From an uncultured Endomicrobiia bacterium (GTDB taxonomy: Bacteria > Elusimicrobiota > Endomicrobiia > DTEH01): a stretch of 64,000 nucleotides of DNA. Position numbers and translations under genes: made by a program. Below are positions 20,198-29,876 of the stretch, in pieces (within the stretch, counting starts at the first letter, position 1; each line of letters opens with the position of its first letter). The stretch is from positions 66,801 to 130,800 of the forward strand of contig CALDDQ010000004.1 in NCBI GenBank assembly GCA_937936785.1, written 5' to 3'. The notes beneath the pieces are model-generated. The model was not told the DNA's origin. It saw nothing but the letters and a program-made list of their open reading frames with translations, and made no database searches.

Positions 20198-20238
20198 AAA
20201 AAGATTGTGTAATTAAGAAAAAAGGGAGAATTAACAAA

Positions 20239-20553
20239 ATGAAAGAAAAAATACATCCAAATTATGTAGATTGTTTAGTAACATGTGCTTGTGGATACAA
20301 ATTTAAAACCAAATCTACAAAACCAGAAATAAAACTTGACATATGTGGAAACTGTCATCCATTTTTTACTGGAAAACAAAAATTAGTAGATACCGCAGGG
20401 CGTGTAGAGAAGTTTAAGAAAAAGTATGGAGAAAAAGTTGAAATAGGAAAACAACGTGGCAAAGTTAAAAAAGAAAAAAAGACTAGAGCTGAAAAAATTA
20501 AGAAAACTACTGAAAAAATATTAACCACAACACCTAAAAAAAAGAAAAAATAA
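20239..20553 (+). CDS. rpmE: 50S ribosomal protein L31 with a Lys-rich C-terminal extension
   Basis: 'MKEKIHPNY' start and Cys residues of the zinc-ribbon type. It is followed by about 35 aa of K/E-rich tail. Confidence 0.85.
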   Translation: MKEKIHPNYVDCLVTCACGYKFKTKSTKPEIKLDICGNCHPFFTGKQKLVDTAGRVEKFKKKYGEKVEIGKQRGKVKKEKKTRAEKIKKTTEKILTTTPKKKKK

Positions 20554-20671
20554 TTTATTGATTTTTTTAATTATTCTTGAACTTTCAAGTTTTTTAGTGT
20601 AAGATTTCATAATTAGGTTCTTGTTTGAGGAAATTTATTTTTAGAAAATCTAAACAATTCATTTCTATAAT

Positions 20672-21757
20672 ATGTTAGACAAATCTATAATAAATAAGTG
20701 CAAATTATTTGTTGAAAATAAGGTGGAGTTGGAAAAAAAACTTTCATCTCCTGAGTTAATAAATAATCCTTTAGAATATAAAAAAACAATAAAAGAATAT
20801 AATCATGTTAGCGAGATAGCAAAAGTTTACAGTGAGATAAATGATTTAGAAAATAAAGTTTCTGTTTTAACACAAGAAAAAATTGTTGCAGATAGAGAAT
20901 ATTCGCAGATGGTTGATGAGGAAATAGATGTGCTAAAAGGACAATTATTAGTTTTAGAAAACCAACTTTTATCTTTATTAGTTCCACAAGACCCTAACGA
21001 TGATAGGAATGTTATTTTAGAAATTCGTGCTGGGACAGGTGGGGATGAAGCGGCGTTATTTGCAGCTGATTTGTTTAGAATGTATTCTAAGTATGTTACA
21101 AACAAAAATTGGAATTTAGAGATTATGGACATAAATGAAACAGGATTAAAAGGTATGAAAGAAGTTATATGTTATGTTTCTGGAAAAAATGTATACAAAT
21201 TTTTGAAATATGAGAGCGGAGTGCATCGTGTACAACGTGTTCCTGATACAGAAGCAAGTGGTAGAATACATACTTCTGCAGCAACAGTTGCAGTTTTACC
21301 TGAAGCGGAAGAAGTTGATGTAAAAATAGATATTTCAGAACTTGAAATTGACACACATGGAGCTTCTGGTCATGGTGGACAACATCTTCAAAAAACAGAA
21401 TCTGCAGTAAGAATAAAACATCTACCAACAGGAATAGTTGTAAAATGTCAGGATGAACGATCTCAAATTAAAAACCGAGAGAAAGCGATGAAAATTTTGA
21501 GGTCAAAGTTGTATGATATTAAAATTCAAGAGCAACACAATACTATTTCACAACTGCGCAAACAACAGGTGAAATCTGGTGATAGGTCGGACAAAATTAG
21601 AACTTACAATTTTCCTCAAAGTAGAATTACTGATCATAGAATAAATTTTTCGGTGTATAACATTCAAGAAGTTTTAGATGGTAATTTAGATGTTTTAATA
21701 AAAGCATTAATGGATAATGATATAAAGAATAAGTTAGAAGAATTTTGTAAAAAATGA
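20672..21757 (+). CDS. prfA: Peptide chain release factor 1
   Basis: GGQ motif 'SGHGGQHLQKT' and the RF1-specific 'PDTEA' (PxT) tripeptide motif. Confidence 0.95.
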   Translation: MLDKSIINKCKLFVENKVELEKKLSSPELINNPLEYKKTIKEYNHVSEIAKVYSEINDLENKVSVLTQEKIVADREYSQMVDEEIDVLKGQLLVLENQLLSLLVPQDPNDDRNVILEIRAGTGGDEAALFAADLFRMYSKYVTNKNWNLEIMDINETGLKGMKEVICYVSGKNVYKFLKYESGVHRVQRVPDTEASGRIHTSAATVAVLPEAEEVDVKIDISELEIDTHGASGHGGQHLQKTESAVRIKHLPTGIVVKCQDERSQIKNREKAMKILRSKLYDIKIQEQHNTISQLRKQQVKSGDRSDKIRTYNFPQSRITDHRINFSVYNIQEVLDGNLDVLIKALMDNDIKNKLEEFCKK

Positions 21758-22596
21758 ATGTTAGGATGTTGTTTGAAAAAATCTGTATTGATTTAAAAGA
21801 ATCTGGAATAAACTGGTTTGAAACAGAAGCAAGAATTATTTTAGAAAAAGTTTTAAATATATCTAAAGAGCTTATATACACTTTTCCTAAAAAAAACGTT
21901 TCGCTTAATGAATTTTTTGAAATAAAAAAAGTAATAGACAGAAGAATTTTACGTGAACCTTTAGAATATATTTTAAATGAAACAGAATTTTATGGATTAA
22001 AGCTTTATATTAACAATAACGTTTTAGTTCCAAGACAAGAAACAGAGTTGATAGTTGAAAGAGCAATTTTGAAAATTAAAGAAAATAATTTTAAAACAAT
22101 TGCAGATATTGGGACTGGAAGTGGTAATATTGCAATAAGTATTGCTAATTGTTGTCCAGAAACAAATATTTTTGCAGTTGATAATTTTAATGAAGTGTTA
22201 GATGTTGTAAAAAAAAATGTTTTTTTATACAAGTTGGAAAAAAGAATAAAAATTATAAAATCTAATTATTTAGAGTATTTTAAAAATAAAAAAATAAAGT
22301 TAGATTTAATTATATCAAATCCGCCATATGTAATTAGTAAAGAATATGAAAGCTTGCAACCAGAAATATATTATGAACCAATAACATCTTTAGTTTGTGA
22401 TGAAGAAGTTTGTTCTTATAAAAATATTGCAAGTAATATAACTAAAGTTTTAAATAAAGGAGCAGTTTTGATTGTTGAGATTAATCCGAGATTAAAGGAT
22501 AAAATAAAAGATATTTTTTTAGCTAAAAAACTTAAATTGAAAGAAATTATTAAAGATTACAAAAATACGATTATAGGTTTAGTTTTTCAGAATTAA
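21754..22596 (+). CDS. prmC: Release-factor glutamine methyltransferase PrmC/HemK
   Basis: 'DIGTGSGNIAIS' and 'NPPY' motifs. Its start overlaps the prfA stop. Confidence 0.85.
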   Translation: MNVRMLFEKICIDLKESGINWFETEARIILEKVLNISKELIYTFPKKNVSLNEFFEIKKVIDRRILREPLEYILNETEFYGLKLYINNNVLVPRQETELIVERAILKIKENNFKTIADIGTGSGNIAISIANCCPETNIFAVDNFNEVLDVVKKNVFLYKLEKRIKIIKSNYLEYFKNKKIKLDLIISNPPYVISKEYESLQPEIYYEPITSLVCDEEVCSYKNIASNITKVLNKGAVLIVEINPRLKDKIKDIFLAKKLKLKEIIKDYKNTIIGLVFQN

Positions 22597-22601
22597 ACAA
22601 T

Positions 22602-23873
22602 ATGGACAAATTAATTATTCAAGGTGGTAAGAAATTAGAAGGAGAAATAAATATATCTGGAGCGAAAAATTCTGCATTACCAATACTTTTTGCTACCATG
22701 TTAACAGATGCAGATGTTGTGTTAGAAAATGTGCCTAAACTTATGGATATTTATGGTGCAATTTCTATAATAGAATATTTAGGCAAGAAAGTTGTTTGGT
22801 TAGGAAATACATTAAAAATTGTTTCAAGTAAAAGTATACCAAAAGAAGGAAAGTATGTTGTTGCACCATATGATTTAATTCGTAAGATGAGAGCAAGTTT
22901 TTTGATTTCAGGAGTTTTGTTAGCTAAAAACAAGAATATAAAAGTTGCTTTACCTGGTGGTTGTGCTATAGGGGTAAGACCTGTAGATATTCATATATCA
23001 GCTTTTGAACAGTTGGGTTGTAAACATTATTTGCAAGAAGGTTATGTGGTTTTTAATAGAGAAAAATTAAATTCTGCAAAGGTAAAGTTCAAATATCCAA
23101 GTGTTGGTGCGACAGAAAATGTTATGTTGTTAGCGAGTGGTATTGATGGAGAAACTATTATAGAGAACGCAGCACAAGAACCTGAAATTGTAGATTTGGC
23201 AAATTTTTTAAAAAAGATTGGAGTTAAAATAGTTGGAGATGGTAGCAATAAAATTAGTATATACGGGGCTAAAAAGTTTAATAATACAAAAATTGTTCAC
23301 AGAATTATTCCTGACAGAATAGAAACTGGCACATATGTCATTGCAGTTTCAGCGACCAAGGGTGAAGTAATATTAAAAAATGTAATATTTCAACACAATA
23401 AAACTTTGATAAAAAAACTAAAATCTTGTGGGATAAAAATATTTTTAGAAAATAATAGTATTTATATTAAGTCAACGAAAAAAATAAAATCTAAAAATAT
23501 TGTAACATCTCCATATCCTGGTTTTCCAACAGATTTACAGGCACAGTTTATGGTGTTAATGAGTTTGTCTAAGGGAAAAAGTGTAATTAAAGAAACAGTT
23601 TTTGAGAACAGATTTGTTCATGCTGCAGAACTACAACGTATGGGTGCTAATATAAGAATTAAAGGTAATAGTGCTTATATTTATGGTGTAGAAAAGTTAA
23701 TAGGTTGTCCTGTTATGGTATCAGATTTAAGAGCAGGAGCTGCACTTGTAATTGCAGGTCTCGCTGCTGAAGGTAAAACTATAATTAATAGAATATATCA
23801 TTTAGATAGAGGTTATGAGATGTTAGAACAAAAACTTTCAAAATTAGGAGCAAATATTAAAAGAATAAAATAA
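22602..23873 (+). CDS. murA: UDP-N-acetylglucosamine 1-carboxyvinyltransferase
   Basis: '[24 protein letters not shown]' and the catalytic-Cys region '[15 protein letters not shown]'. Confidence 0.95.
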   Translation: MDKLIIQGGKKLEGEINISGAKNSALPILFATMLTDADVVLENVPKLMDIYGAISIIEYLGKKVVWLGNTLKIVSSKSIPKEGKYVVAPYDLIRKMRASFLISGVLLAKNKNIKVALPGGCAIGVRPVDIHISAFEQLGCKHYLQEGYVVFNREKLNSAKVKFKYPSVGATENVMLLASGIDGETIIENAAQEPEIVDLANFLKKIGVKIVGDGSNKISIYGAKKFNNTKIVHRIIPDRIETGTYVIAVSATKGEVILKNVIFQHNKTLIKKLKSCGIKIFLENNSIYIKSTKKIKSKNIVTSPYPGFPTDLQAQFMVLMSLSKGKSVIKETVFENRFVHAAELQRMGANIRIKGNSAYIYGVEKLIGCPVMVSDLRAGAALVIAGLAAEGKTIINRIYHLDRGYEMLEQKLSKLGANIKRIK

Positions 23874-23893
23874 AATTTTGTAAAATTAAACTT

Positions 23894-25099
23894 ATGGATA
23901 GATTATATTTTAAGGTAAATAAGATTATTTCTGAAGTTAAAAATTATGGTGATTTAGCAGTGGTAAAGTATACAAAAAAATTTGATAAAATTATTGATTT
24001 TGATAAAAGAAAAATAAAAGTTAAGGTTAAAGATATAAAAATAAAAGATGAGGATTTTATTTCGTCAATAAAATATGCAATAAACAATATAAAAAAGTTT
24101 CATTTAGAAGAAAATAAAAGAATAAAAAAGTCATGGAATATTTATTATGAAGGGATGTTTTTAGGTCAAAAGATCGTTCCTGTTGAAAGGGTTGGAATTT
24201 ATGTCCCTGGTGGTAAGTATGGGTTTAATTATATATCATCAATATTGATGTCTGTTATTCCGGCACAAATTGCAAAGGTAAAAAAAATAGTTGTTGTTAC
24301 GCCACCAGGAAATATTTCGGAAGAATTTATTTTTGTATGTAAATTGTTAGGTGTGAGAGAGATTTATGCAGTTGGTGGTGTTTGTGCAATTGCAGGGTTA
24401 GCTTTTGGTACTGATATTATTCCTAAAGTAGATCTAATAATTGGTCCGGGTAATATGTGGGTTACGGAAGCAAAACGACAATTGTATGGTGTTGTAGGAA
24501 TAGACTTGCTTGCAGGACCGTCAGAGGTGGTTGTTGTTGCAGATAAAAATTCAGATGTTAATGAAGTTGTGTATGAACTTTTAGCACAAGCAGAACATGA
24601 TAAAAATGCTAAGTGTGTATTAATAAGTTTAGATAAACTATTGATTAGTATAGTAAGATCAAAAATTAAAAGTTTGGATAAAAAATATTTAAAACAAATT
24701 AGTTTTATATTTTCTAAATCTATTTATGAAACAATAAATTTAATAAATACAATTTCGCCAGAACATTTAACATATTTGTCTGAGAACAATGTTGAAAAGA
24801 TAATAAGAGGAGTTATAAACGCAGGAGCAATTTTTTTAGGTAAACATGCTTCAACAGTTTTTGGGGATTATGTTGCAGGTCCTTCGCATATTTTACCAAC
24901 AAACAAAACTGCAAATTTTAGTTCTGGAGTTTCTGTTCAGACATTTATGAAAAAGATTAGTTTAGTAAAATTTGTAAACAAAAAGTTAACTTCAGTAATA
25001 AAATCAGCTTCTATAATTTCACAAAAAGAAGGAATGAAATTTCATAAATTAGCTGCTTTATCAAAAATTAAATATTATTCTGGGAGTGTCAATGAATAG
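23894..25099 (+). CDS. hisD: Histidinol dehydrogenase
   Basis: Reads as HisD-like; the C-terminal region contains 'DYVAGPSHILPT'. Confidence 0.88.
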   Translation: MDRLYFKVNKIISEVKNYGDLAVVKYTKKFDKIIDFDKRKIKVKVKDIKIKDEDFISSIKYAINNIKKFHLEENKRIKKSWNIYYEGMFLGQKIVPVERVGIYVPGGKYGFNYISSILMSVIPAQIAKVKKIVVVTPPGNISEEFIFVCKLLGVREIYAVGGVCAIAGLAFGTDIIPKVDLIIGPGNMWVTEAKRQLYGVVGIDLLAGPSEVVVVADKNSDVNEVVYELLAQAEHDKNAKCVLISLDKLLISIVRSKIKSLDKKYLKQISFIFSKSIYETINLINTISPEHLTYLSENNVEKIIRGVINAGAIFLGKHASTVFGDYVAGPSHILPTNKTANFSSGVSVQTFMKKISLVKFVNKKLTSVIKSASIISQKEGMKFHKLAALSKIKYYSGSVNE

Positions 25100-25676
25100 A
25101 AAAGTGAAATTATTAAGAAAAACAAAAGAAACTGTTATAAAACTAAATTTAAATTTGGATGGGAAAGGAAAAAGTAAAATAACGACAACAATACCTTTTT
25201 TTGATCATATGTTAGATTTGTTAGTTTTTCACAGTGGGATTGATCTTTTGCTAAATGCAAAAGGAGACACAGAAGTTGATGAACATCATTTGATTGAAGA
25301 TTTAGGTATATCATTAGGTATTGCTTTTAATAAAGCATTAAAGAATAAAAGAGGTATTGTGAGATATGCTGAGGTTTTGACACCTATGGACGAATCTTTA
25401 TCTTATGTCGCAATTGATATTTGTGGTAGAGGATATTTGAGTTATAAAATAAAATTTTTTCCTGAATATAAAAAATCAAATTTTGATTATAATTTGATAA
25501 AGGAGTTTTTGGTAGCATTTGTTAACAATGCAAAAATAACTTTACACATAAAAGTTTTAGAAGGAGAAAATAATCACCACATTTGTGAATCAGTATTCAA
25601 AAGTTTAGGAAGGGTTATTAAAAAAGCTATATTTATTGACACAAAAAGAATTCCTTCTAGCAAGGGGGTTTTATGA
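25086..25676 (+). CDS. hisB: Imidazoleglycerol-phosphate dehydratase
   Basis: 'DHMLDLL..HSGIDL', 'DEHHLIEDLGI' and 'NHHICESVFKSLG' motifs. Confidence 0.9.
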   Translation: MSMNRKVKLLRKTKETVIKLNLNLDGKGKSKITTTIPFFDHMLDLLVFHSGIDLLLNAKGDTEVDEHHLIEDLGISLGIAFNKALKNKRGIVRYAEVLTPMDESLSYVAIDICGRGYLSYKIKFFPEYKKSNFDYNLIKEFLVAFVNNAKITLHIKVLEGENNHHICESVFKSLGRVIKKAIFIDTKRIPSSKGVL

Positions 25677-26401
25677 TAATAATACCTGCAGTAGATTTAC
25701 ATCAAGGCAAATGTGTTCGTTTGACACAAGGAAAGTTTGATGAAGAAACAGTATATTCAACAGAGCCTGTTTTTATATCTCGTTTATGGCAGGCAAAAGG
25801 TGCTCAAAGGTTACATTTGATAGATTTAGATGGAGCGTATTGTGGCACAGTTCAACATTGGAATATAATAAAACAGATTCGTGAACAACTATCTATCATA
25901 ATAGAATTTGGTGGTGGAGTTAGAACTTTAAAGACTGTTGAGAAACTTGTAGCCATAGGTATAGATAAAATTATTATTAGCACGATAATGATTAGCAATC
26001 CTGTTGAAGGAAAAAAAATTTTGCAAAAATATAAAGATAAAATTATGTTAGCGATAGATGTTCGTGATGGTAAAGTAGCAATTGGTGGATGGAAAGAACA
26101 AACACCAATTAATGCAAAAGAGTTTATTAAAAATTTGGAAGATTTAGGTGTAGAAGAGATAATTTTAACTGATATTGTCAAAGAGGGAATGTTAGAAGGA
26201 ATAAATTTAGATACTATAACAGATCTTATAGAAAATACAAAATTTAAAATAATAATTTCAGGTGGTGTTACAACATTAGATGATTTGAAAAAAATAAAAA
26301 CTCTAGAATCGAAAGGTGTTTTTGGTGTAATAATAGGAAAAGCGTTTTATGCAGAAAAAATAAGTTTTGAAGATGCACGAAAAGTAGTTGAGGAAAAATA
26401 A
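25673..26401 (+). CDS. hisA: ProFAR isomerase HisA
   Basis: 'IIPAVDLHQGKCVRL' start. It overlaps hisB (ATGA). Confidence 0.88.
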   Translation: MIIIPAVDLHQGKCVRLTQGKFDEETVYSTEPVFISRLWQAKGAQRLHLIDLDGAYCGTVQHWNIIKQIREQLSIIIEFGGGVRTLKTVEKLVAIGIDKIIISTIMISNPVEGKKILQKYKDKIMLAIDVRDGKVAIGGWKEQTPINAKEFIKNLEDLGVEEIILTDIVKEGMLEGINLDTITDLIENTKFKIIISGGVTTLDDLKKIKTLESKGVFGVIIGKAFYAEKISFEDARKVVEEK

Positions 26402-26807
26402 TAATATGAATAAAAAAGTGATAGATTTTATAGAAAACATAAAATATGACGATAAAGGATTGGTGCCAGTAGTTGCACAGGATTATAATGATAATACAGT
26501 TTTAATGGTTGCTTTTATGAACAAGGAAGCTTTAATAAAAACTTTTGAAACTTTTAAGGTTCATTATTATAGCCGTTCACGAGGAAAATTATGGTTAAAA
26601 GGAGAAACTTCTGGCAATGTTCAGATTGTGAAAGAAATATATTTTGATTGTGATAAAGATTGTTTATTGGTAAAAATTGAACAAGTGGGTATTGCGAGTT
26701 GTCATACAGGACATAGAAGTTGTTTTTACAGAACCATATCTAAAGATGGAGAAATTTCTATAGTTGCAGAAAAAGTTTTTAATCCAGAAGATGTTTATAA
26801 AAAATAA
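26388..26807 (+). CDS. hisI: Phosphoribosyl-AMP cyclohydrolase (monofunctional HisI; no HisE domain)
   Basis: 'YYSRSRGKLWLKGETSGN' and 'DCDKDCLLVKIEQ...CHTG..SCF' motifs. The protein is only 139 aa. Confidence 0.85.
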   Translation: MRKNNNMNKKVIDFIENIKYDDKGLVPVVAQDYNDNTVLMVAFMNKEALIKTFETFKVHYYSRSRGKLWLKGETSGNVQIVKEIYFDCDKDCLLVKIEQVGIASCHTGHRSCFYRTISKDGEISIVAEKVFNPEDVYKK

Positions 26808-26811
26808 TAAA

Positions 26812-28299
26812 ATGTTAAATTTAAGTATAGAAGAAGTAAAAAAAATTGTAAAAAAATATTTACATAAAAAATGTGATGTAGTTGTGCCTTTATATAAAGA
26901 GATTTTAGTCGACACAGAAACGCCTGTATCTTTATTTTTAAAACTTGCTGTTGATGAAGAATACGCTTATTTATTAGAAAGTGCACAGACAAGTCTGCAT
27001 TGGGGACGGTATTCTTTTATATCATTTTCTCCAGCAAAACTTATTAAAATAGATAGTATAAGGGAATCTATTTTGCCAAGATTGAGACAAGAATTAAATA
27101 AATATTATGTTCCACAAGAGTTGGTAAAAAATTTGCCAAGATTTTTTGGCGGATTTGTTGGATATTTAAGTTATGAATTAGTTCACGAAATAGAACCAAA
27201 AGTTAAACGCCCGAAGAAAACATATTTGTGTTCATTTCCTGAGATTTTTTTTATGTTCAATTCTGTTACAATAATATTTGACCACTTTTTAAATAAGTTA
27301 AAAATAGTAAATTTAGTTATATCGGATAAAATTGAAAATATTGATGAGTTATATAGATTTTCGGAAGAAAAAATTGATCTTTTGATAAACAAAGTGTTTC
27401 AAAAAAAGTTAAATGAAAAAAGTTTGAAGTATAAAAAAAGTAACGAAAAAAATTTAATTAAAGAATATTATTCTAACATATCAAGAAAAAATTTTATTAA
27501 AAAAATAAAAAAGGCAATAGAATACATTAAAAAAGGAGATGTTATACAAACTGTAATTTCACGAAAATTAATGAAAAAAACTTCTGCAGATACTTTTGAC
27601 ATTTACAGAAGTTTAAGAATTATAAATCCATCCCCATATATGTTTTATCTCAAATTTAGTGATATGTGTTTAATAGGTTCTTCTCCTGAAATTCTTATAA
27701 GGAAAGAAGGAAATATTGTTGAAACAAAGCCTATTGCAGGTACAAGACCAAGAAGTGCAGATGAGATAAAAGATAAAAATTATGAAAAGGAACTAATAAA
27801 TTCTGAGAAAGAAAATGCAGAACATATAATGTTAGTAGATTTAGCAAGGAACGATCTGGGCAAAATTTCGGAGTATAAAACAATTTTTTTGCCTGAACTA
27901 AAAGTTATAGAACGATTTTCACATGTTATGCATATAGTGACTTCAGTTAAAGGTGTTTTGAGAAAAAAATATGATAGTATAGATGTATTATCAGCAGCGT
28001 TTCCTGCTGGTACTGTTAGTGGTGCGCCAAAGGTTCGTGCTATGCAGATAATTTCGCAGTTGGAAGAATATGTTAGAGGACCATATGCTGGTGCAGTTGG
28101 ATATTTTAGTTTAACAGGTAATATGGATATGGCGATTACAATAAGAACAATTGTTTATAAAGATAAAAAAGTTTTTATACAATCAGGGGCAGGAATAGTT
28201 GCAGATTCTATTCCTGAAAAAGAATATGATGAAACATTAAACAAAGCAAAAGCTCTAATGATCGCAATAAAAATGGCTGAAGTAAAAATTAAGGAATAA
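26812..28299 (+). CDS. trpE: Anthranilate synthase component I
   Basis: Chorismate-binding motifs 'SRKL', 'GSSPE' and 'IAGTRPR', and the 'GAVGYF' region. The ATG at 26812 follows the hisI stop and is preferred over the overlapping ORF start at 26764. Confidence 0.88.
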   Translation: MLNLSIEEVKKIVKKYLHKKCDVVVPLYKEILVDTETPVSLFLKLAVDEEYAYLLESAQTSLHWGRYSFISFSPAKLIKIDSIRESILPRLRQELNKYYVPQELVKNLPRFFGGFVGYLSYELVHEIEPKVKRPKKTYLCSFPEIFFMFNSVTIIFDHFLNKLKIVNLVISDKIENIDELYRFSEEKIDLLINKVFQKKLNEKSLKYKKSNEKNLIKEYYSNISRKNFIKKIKKAIEYIKKGDVIQTVISRKLMKKTSADTFDIYRSLRIINPSPYMFYLKFSDMCLIGSSPEILIRKEGNIVETKPIAGTRPRSADEIKDKNYEKELINSEKENAEHIMLVDLARNDLGKISEYKTIFLPELKVIERFSHVMHIVTSVKGVLRKKYDSIDVLSAAFPAGTVSGAPKVRAMQIISQLEEYVRGPYAGAVGYFSLTGNMDMAITIRTIVYKDKKVFIQSGAGIVADSIPEKEYDETLNKAKALMIAIKMAEVKIKE

Positions 28300-28301
28300 A
28301 A

Positions 28302-28907
28302 ATGATACTAATAATAGACAACTATGATTCTTTTACTTACAATCTTGTACAGTATTTAGGAGAATTATGTATTGAAAACGAAAGTGTTTCTCAACCAATA
28401 AAGGTTTATCGTAATGATAAAATAACTATATCAAAAATTAAAAGTTTACGACCAAAGTATATTATAATTTCGCCTGGTCCGTGTACTCCAAAGGAAGCTG
28501 GTGTTTCAGTCAAGGTGATAAAAACTTTTGCAACTAAAATACCTATTTTAGGTGTATGTTTAGGTCATGAATGTGTAGTGGAAGCATTTGGAGGTAAAAT
28601 TATTAAATCAAAGGAAATTTTTCATGGCAAAGTTTCAGAAATATTTCATGATAAAAAAACAATTTATAGTGGATTACCAAATCCTATTAAAGCTACAAGA
28701 TATCATTCATTGATTGCAGAAAAAAAAACTTTGCCAGATTGTTTAGAGATAACTTCGTGGACTAAAAATGGTATAATAATGGGAGTGCGACTTAAAAATA
28801 GTGATTTAAAGAAGTTTTGTGTTGAAGGAGTGCAGTTTCATCCAGAATCGATAATGACACCGGAAGGTAAAAAGTTGTTACTAAATTTCTTGATTTTAGG
28901 CAAGTAG
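28302..28907 (+). CDS. trpG: Anthranilate synthase component II (glutamine amidotransferase)
   Basis: 'ILIIDNYDSFTYNL', 'ILGVCLGHE' and 'VQFHPES' motifs. Confidence 0.9.
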   Translation: MILIIDNYDSFTYNLVQYLGELCIENESVSQPIKVYRNDKITISKIKSLRPKYIIISPGPCTPKEAGVSVKVIKTFATKIPILGVCLGHECVVEAFGGKIIKSKEIFHGKVSEIFHDKKTIYSGLPNPIKATRYHSLIAEKKTLPDCLEITSWTKNGIIMGVRLKNSDLKKFCVEGVQFHPESIMTPEGKKLLLNFLILGK

Positions 28908-28915
28908 AAAAAATT

Positions 28916-29851
28916 ATGGAAAAAAGAAAAGTTGTGGTTATAGACGATGCTGAATCAGTAGCTATTGCTATTCAATATTTATTAGAAACTATGGGTTATG
29001 AAGTTTATGTTGAAAACGATGGTGAAGCGGGTATAAAAAAAGTTTTTGAAGTAAGACCTGATTTGGTAATTTTAGACATAAACATGCCAAAAATGACTGG
29101 ATACGAAGTTGTTGATATAATGAGAAAGGAAGTTTCTACTATGAACACACCGATATTAATGATGTCTGGTTCTACAGATGAGATGGACGAGATTAAAGGG
29201 TTAGAATTAGGTGTAGATGGGTATATTACTAAACCGTTTAATAACGAACTATTTATTGCAAAACTTAAAGCTATATTGATGAGAGCACAACAAAATATTT
29301 CTGTAAACCCACTTACAATGCTTCCTGGTAATATTGCTATTAATAAAGAAATCGAACATAGAATTTTGTCAAAAACAAAATTTGCTGTAATATATACTGA
29401 TTTAAACAATTTTAAAAGTTTCAATGATTATTACGGTTTTGCACGTGGTGATGAAGTTATTAAACATACGGCTAATATTTTGGTTAACGCAATAAAAACA
29501 AAAGGTCACTATAGTGATTTTGTAGGACACATTGGTGGAGATGATTTTGTGGTAGTTTGTATGGTGGACAATGTGGAAAACATTTGTGAGACAATAATTA
29601 AAGATTTTGATAGTTCAATAATAAATTTTTACAATGAGGAAGAAAAAGTTAAGGGTTATATTGAAACTTACAATAGACAGGGAGAACTTAAAAAGTTTGG
29701 TATAATTTCAATAAGTTTATCAGTAGTAACAAATGTTAAACGCGAGATTAAACATATAGGTGAAATTTCTGAGATAAGTGCTGAATTAAAAAGTTATGTA
29801 AAACAATTTGGGAAAAGCAAGTATGTAATTGATAGAAGAGCGGGGACATAA
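28916..29851 (+). CDS. Response regulator with N-terminal REC and a C-terminal GGDEF-like domain carrying a GGDDF variant motif
   Basis: REC motifs 'VVVIDDAESV', 'DLVILDINMP' and 'DGYITKPF'. GGDEF-domain start 'NPLTMLPGN', and 'HYSDFVGHIGGDDFVVV' in place of RxxD...GG(D/E)EF. Confidence 0.85.
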   Translation: MEKRKVVVIDDAESVAIAIQYLLETMGYEVYVENDGEAGIKKVFEVRPDLVILDINMPKMTGYEVVDIMRKEVSTMNTPILMMSGSTDEMDEIKGLELGVDGYITKPFNNELFIAKLKAILMRAQQNISVNPLTMLPGNIAINKEIEHRILSKTKFAVIYTDLNNFKSFNDYYGFARGDEVIKHTANILVNAIKTKGHYSDFVGHIGGDDFVVVCMVDNVENICETIIKDFDSSIINFYNEEEKVKGYIETYNRQGELKKFGIISISLSVVTNVKREIKHIGEISEISAELKSYVKQFGKSKYVIDRRAGT

Positions 29852-29876
29852 TTTTTTATAAAAACAGGGTGAAAAT

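Noticed and set aside
20576-20595. Hairpin 'CTTGA-ACTT-TCAAG' plus TTTTT after rpmE as a rho-independent terminator
   Set aside because: The stem is only 5 bp and AT-rich, so the stability is too low to call confidently. It is mentioned in the L31 finding.
26764-26811. Upstream extension of trpE overlapping hisI
   Set aside because: The ATG at 26812 sits right after the hisI double stop. The extension adds a non-conserved Lys-rich peptide.
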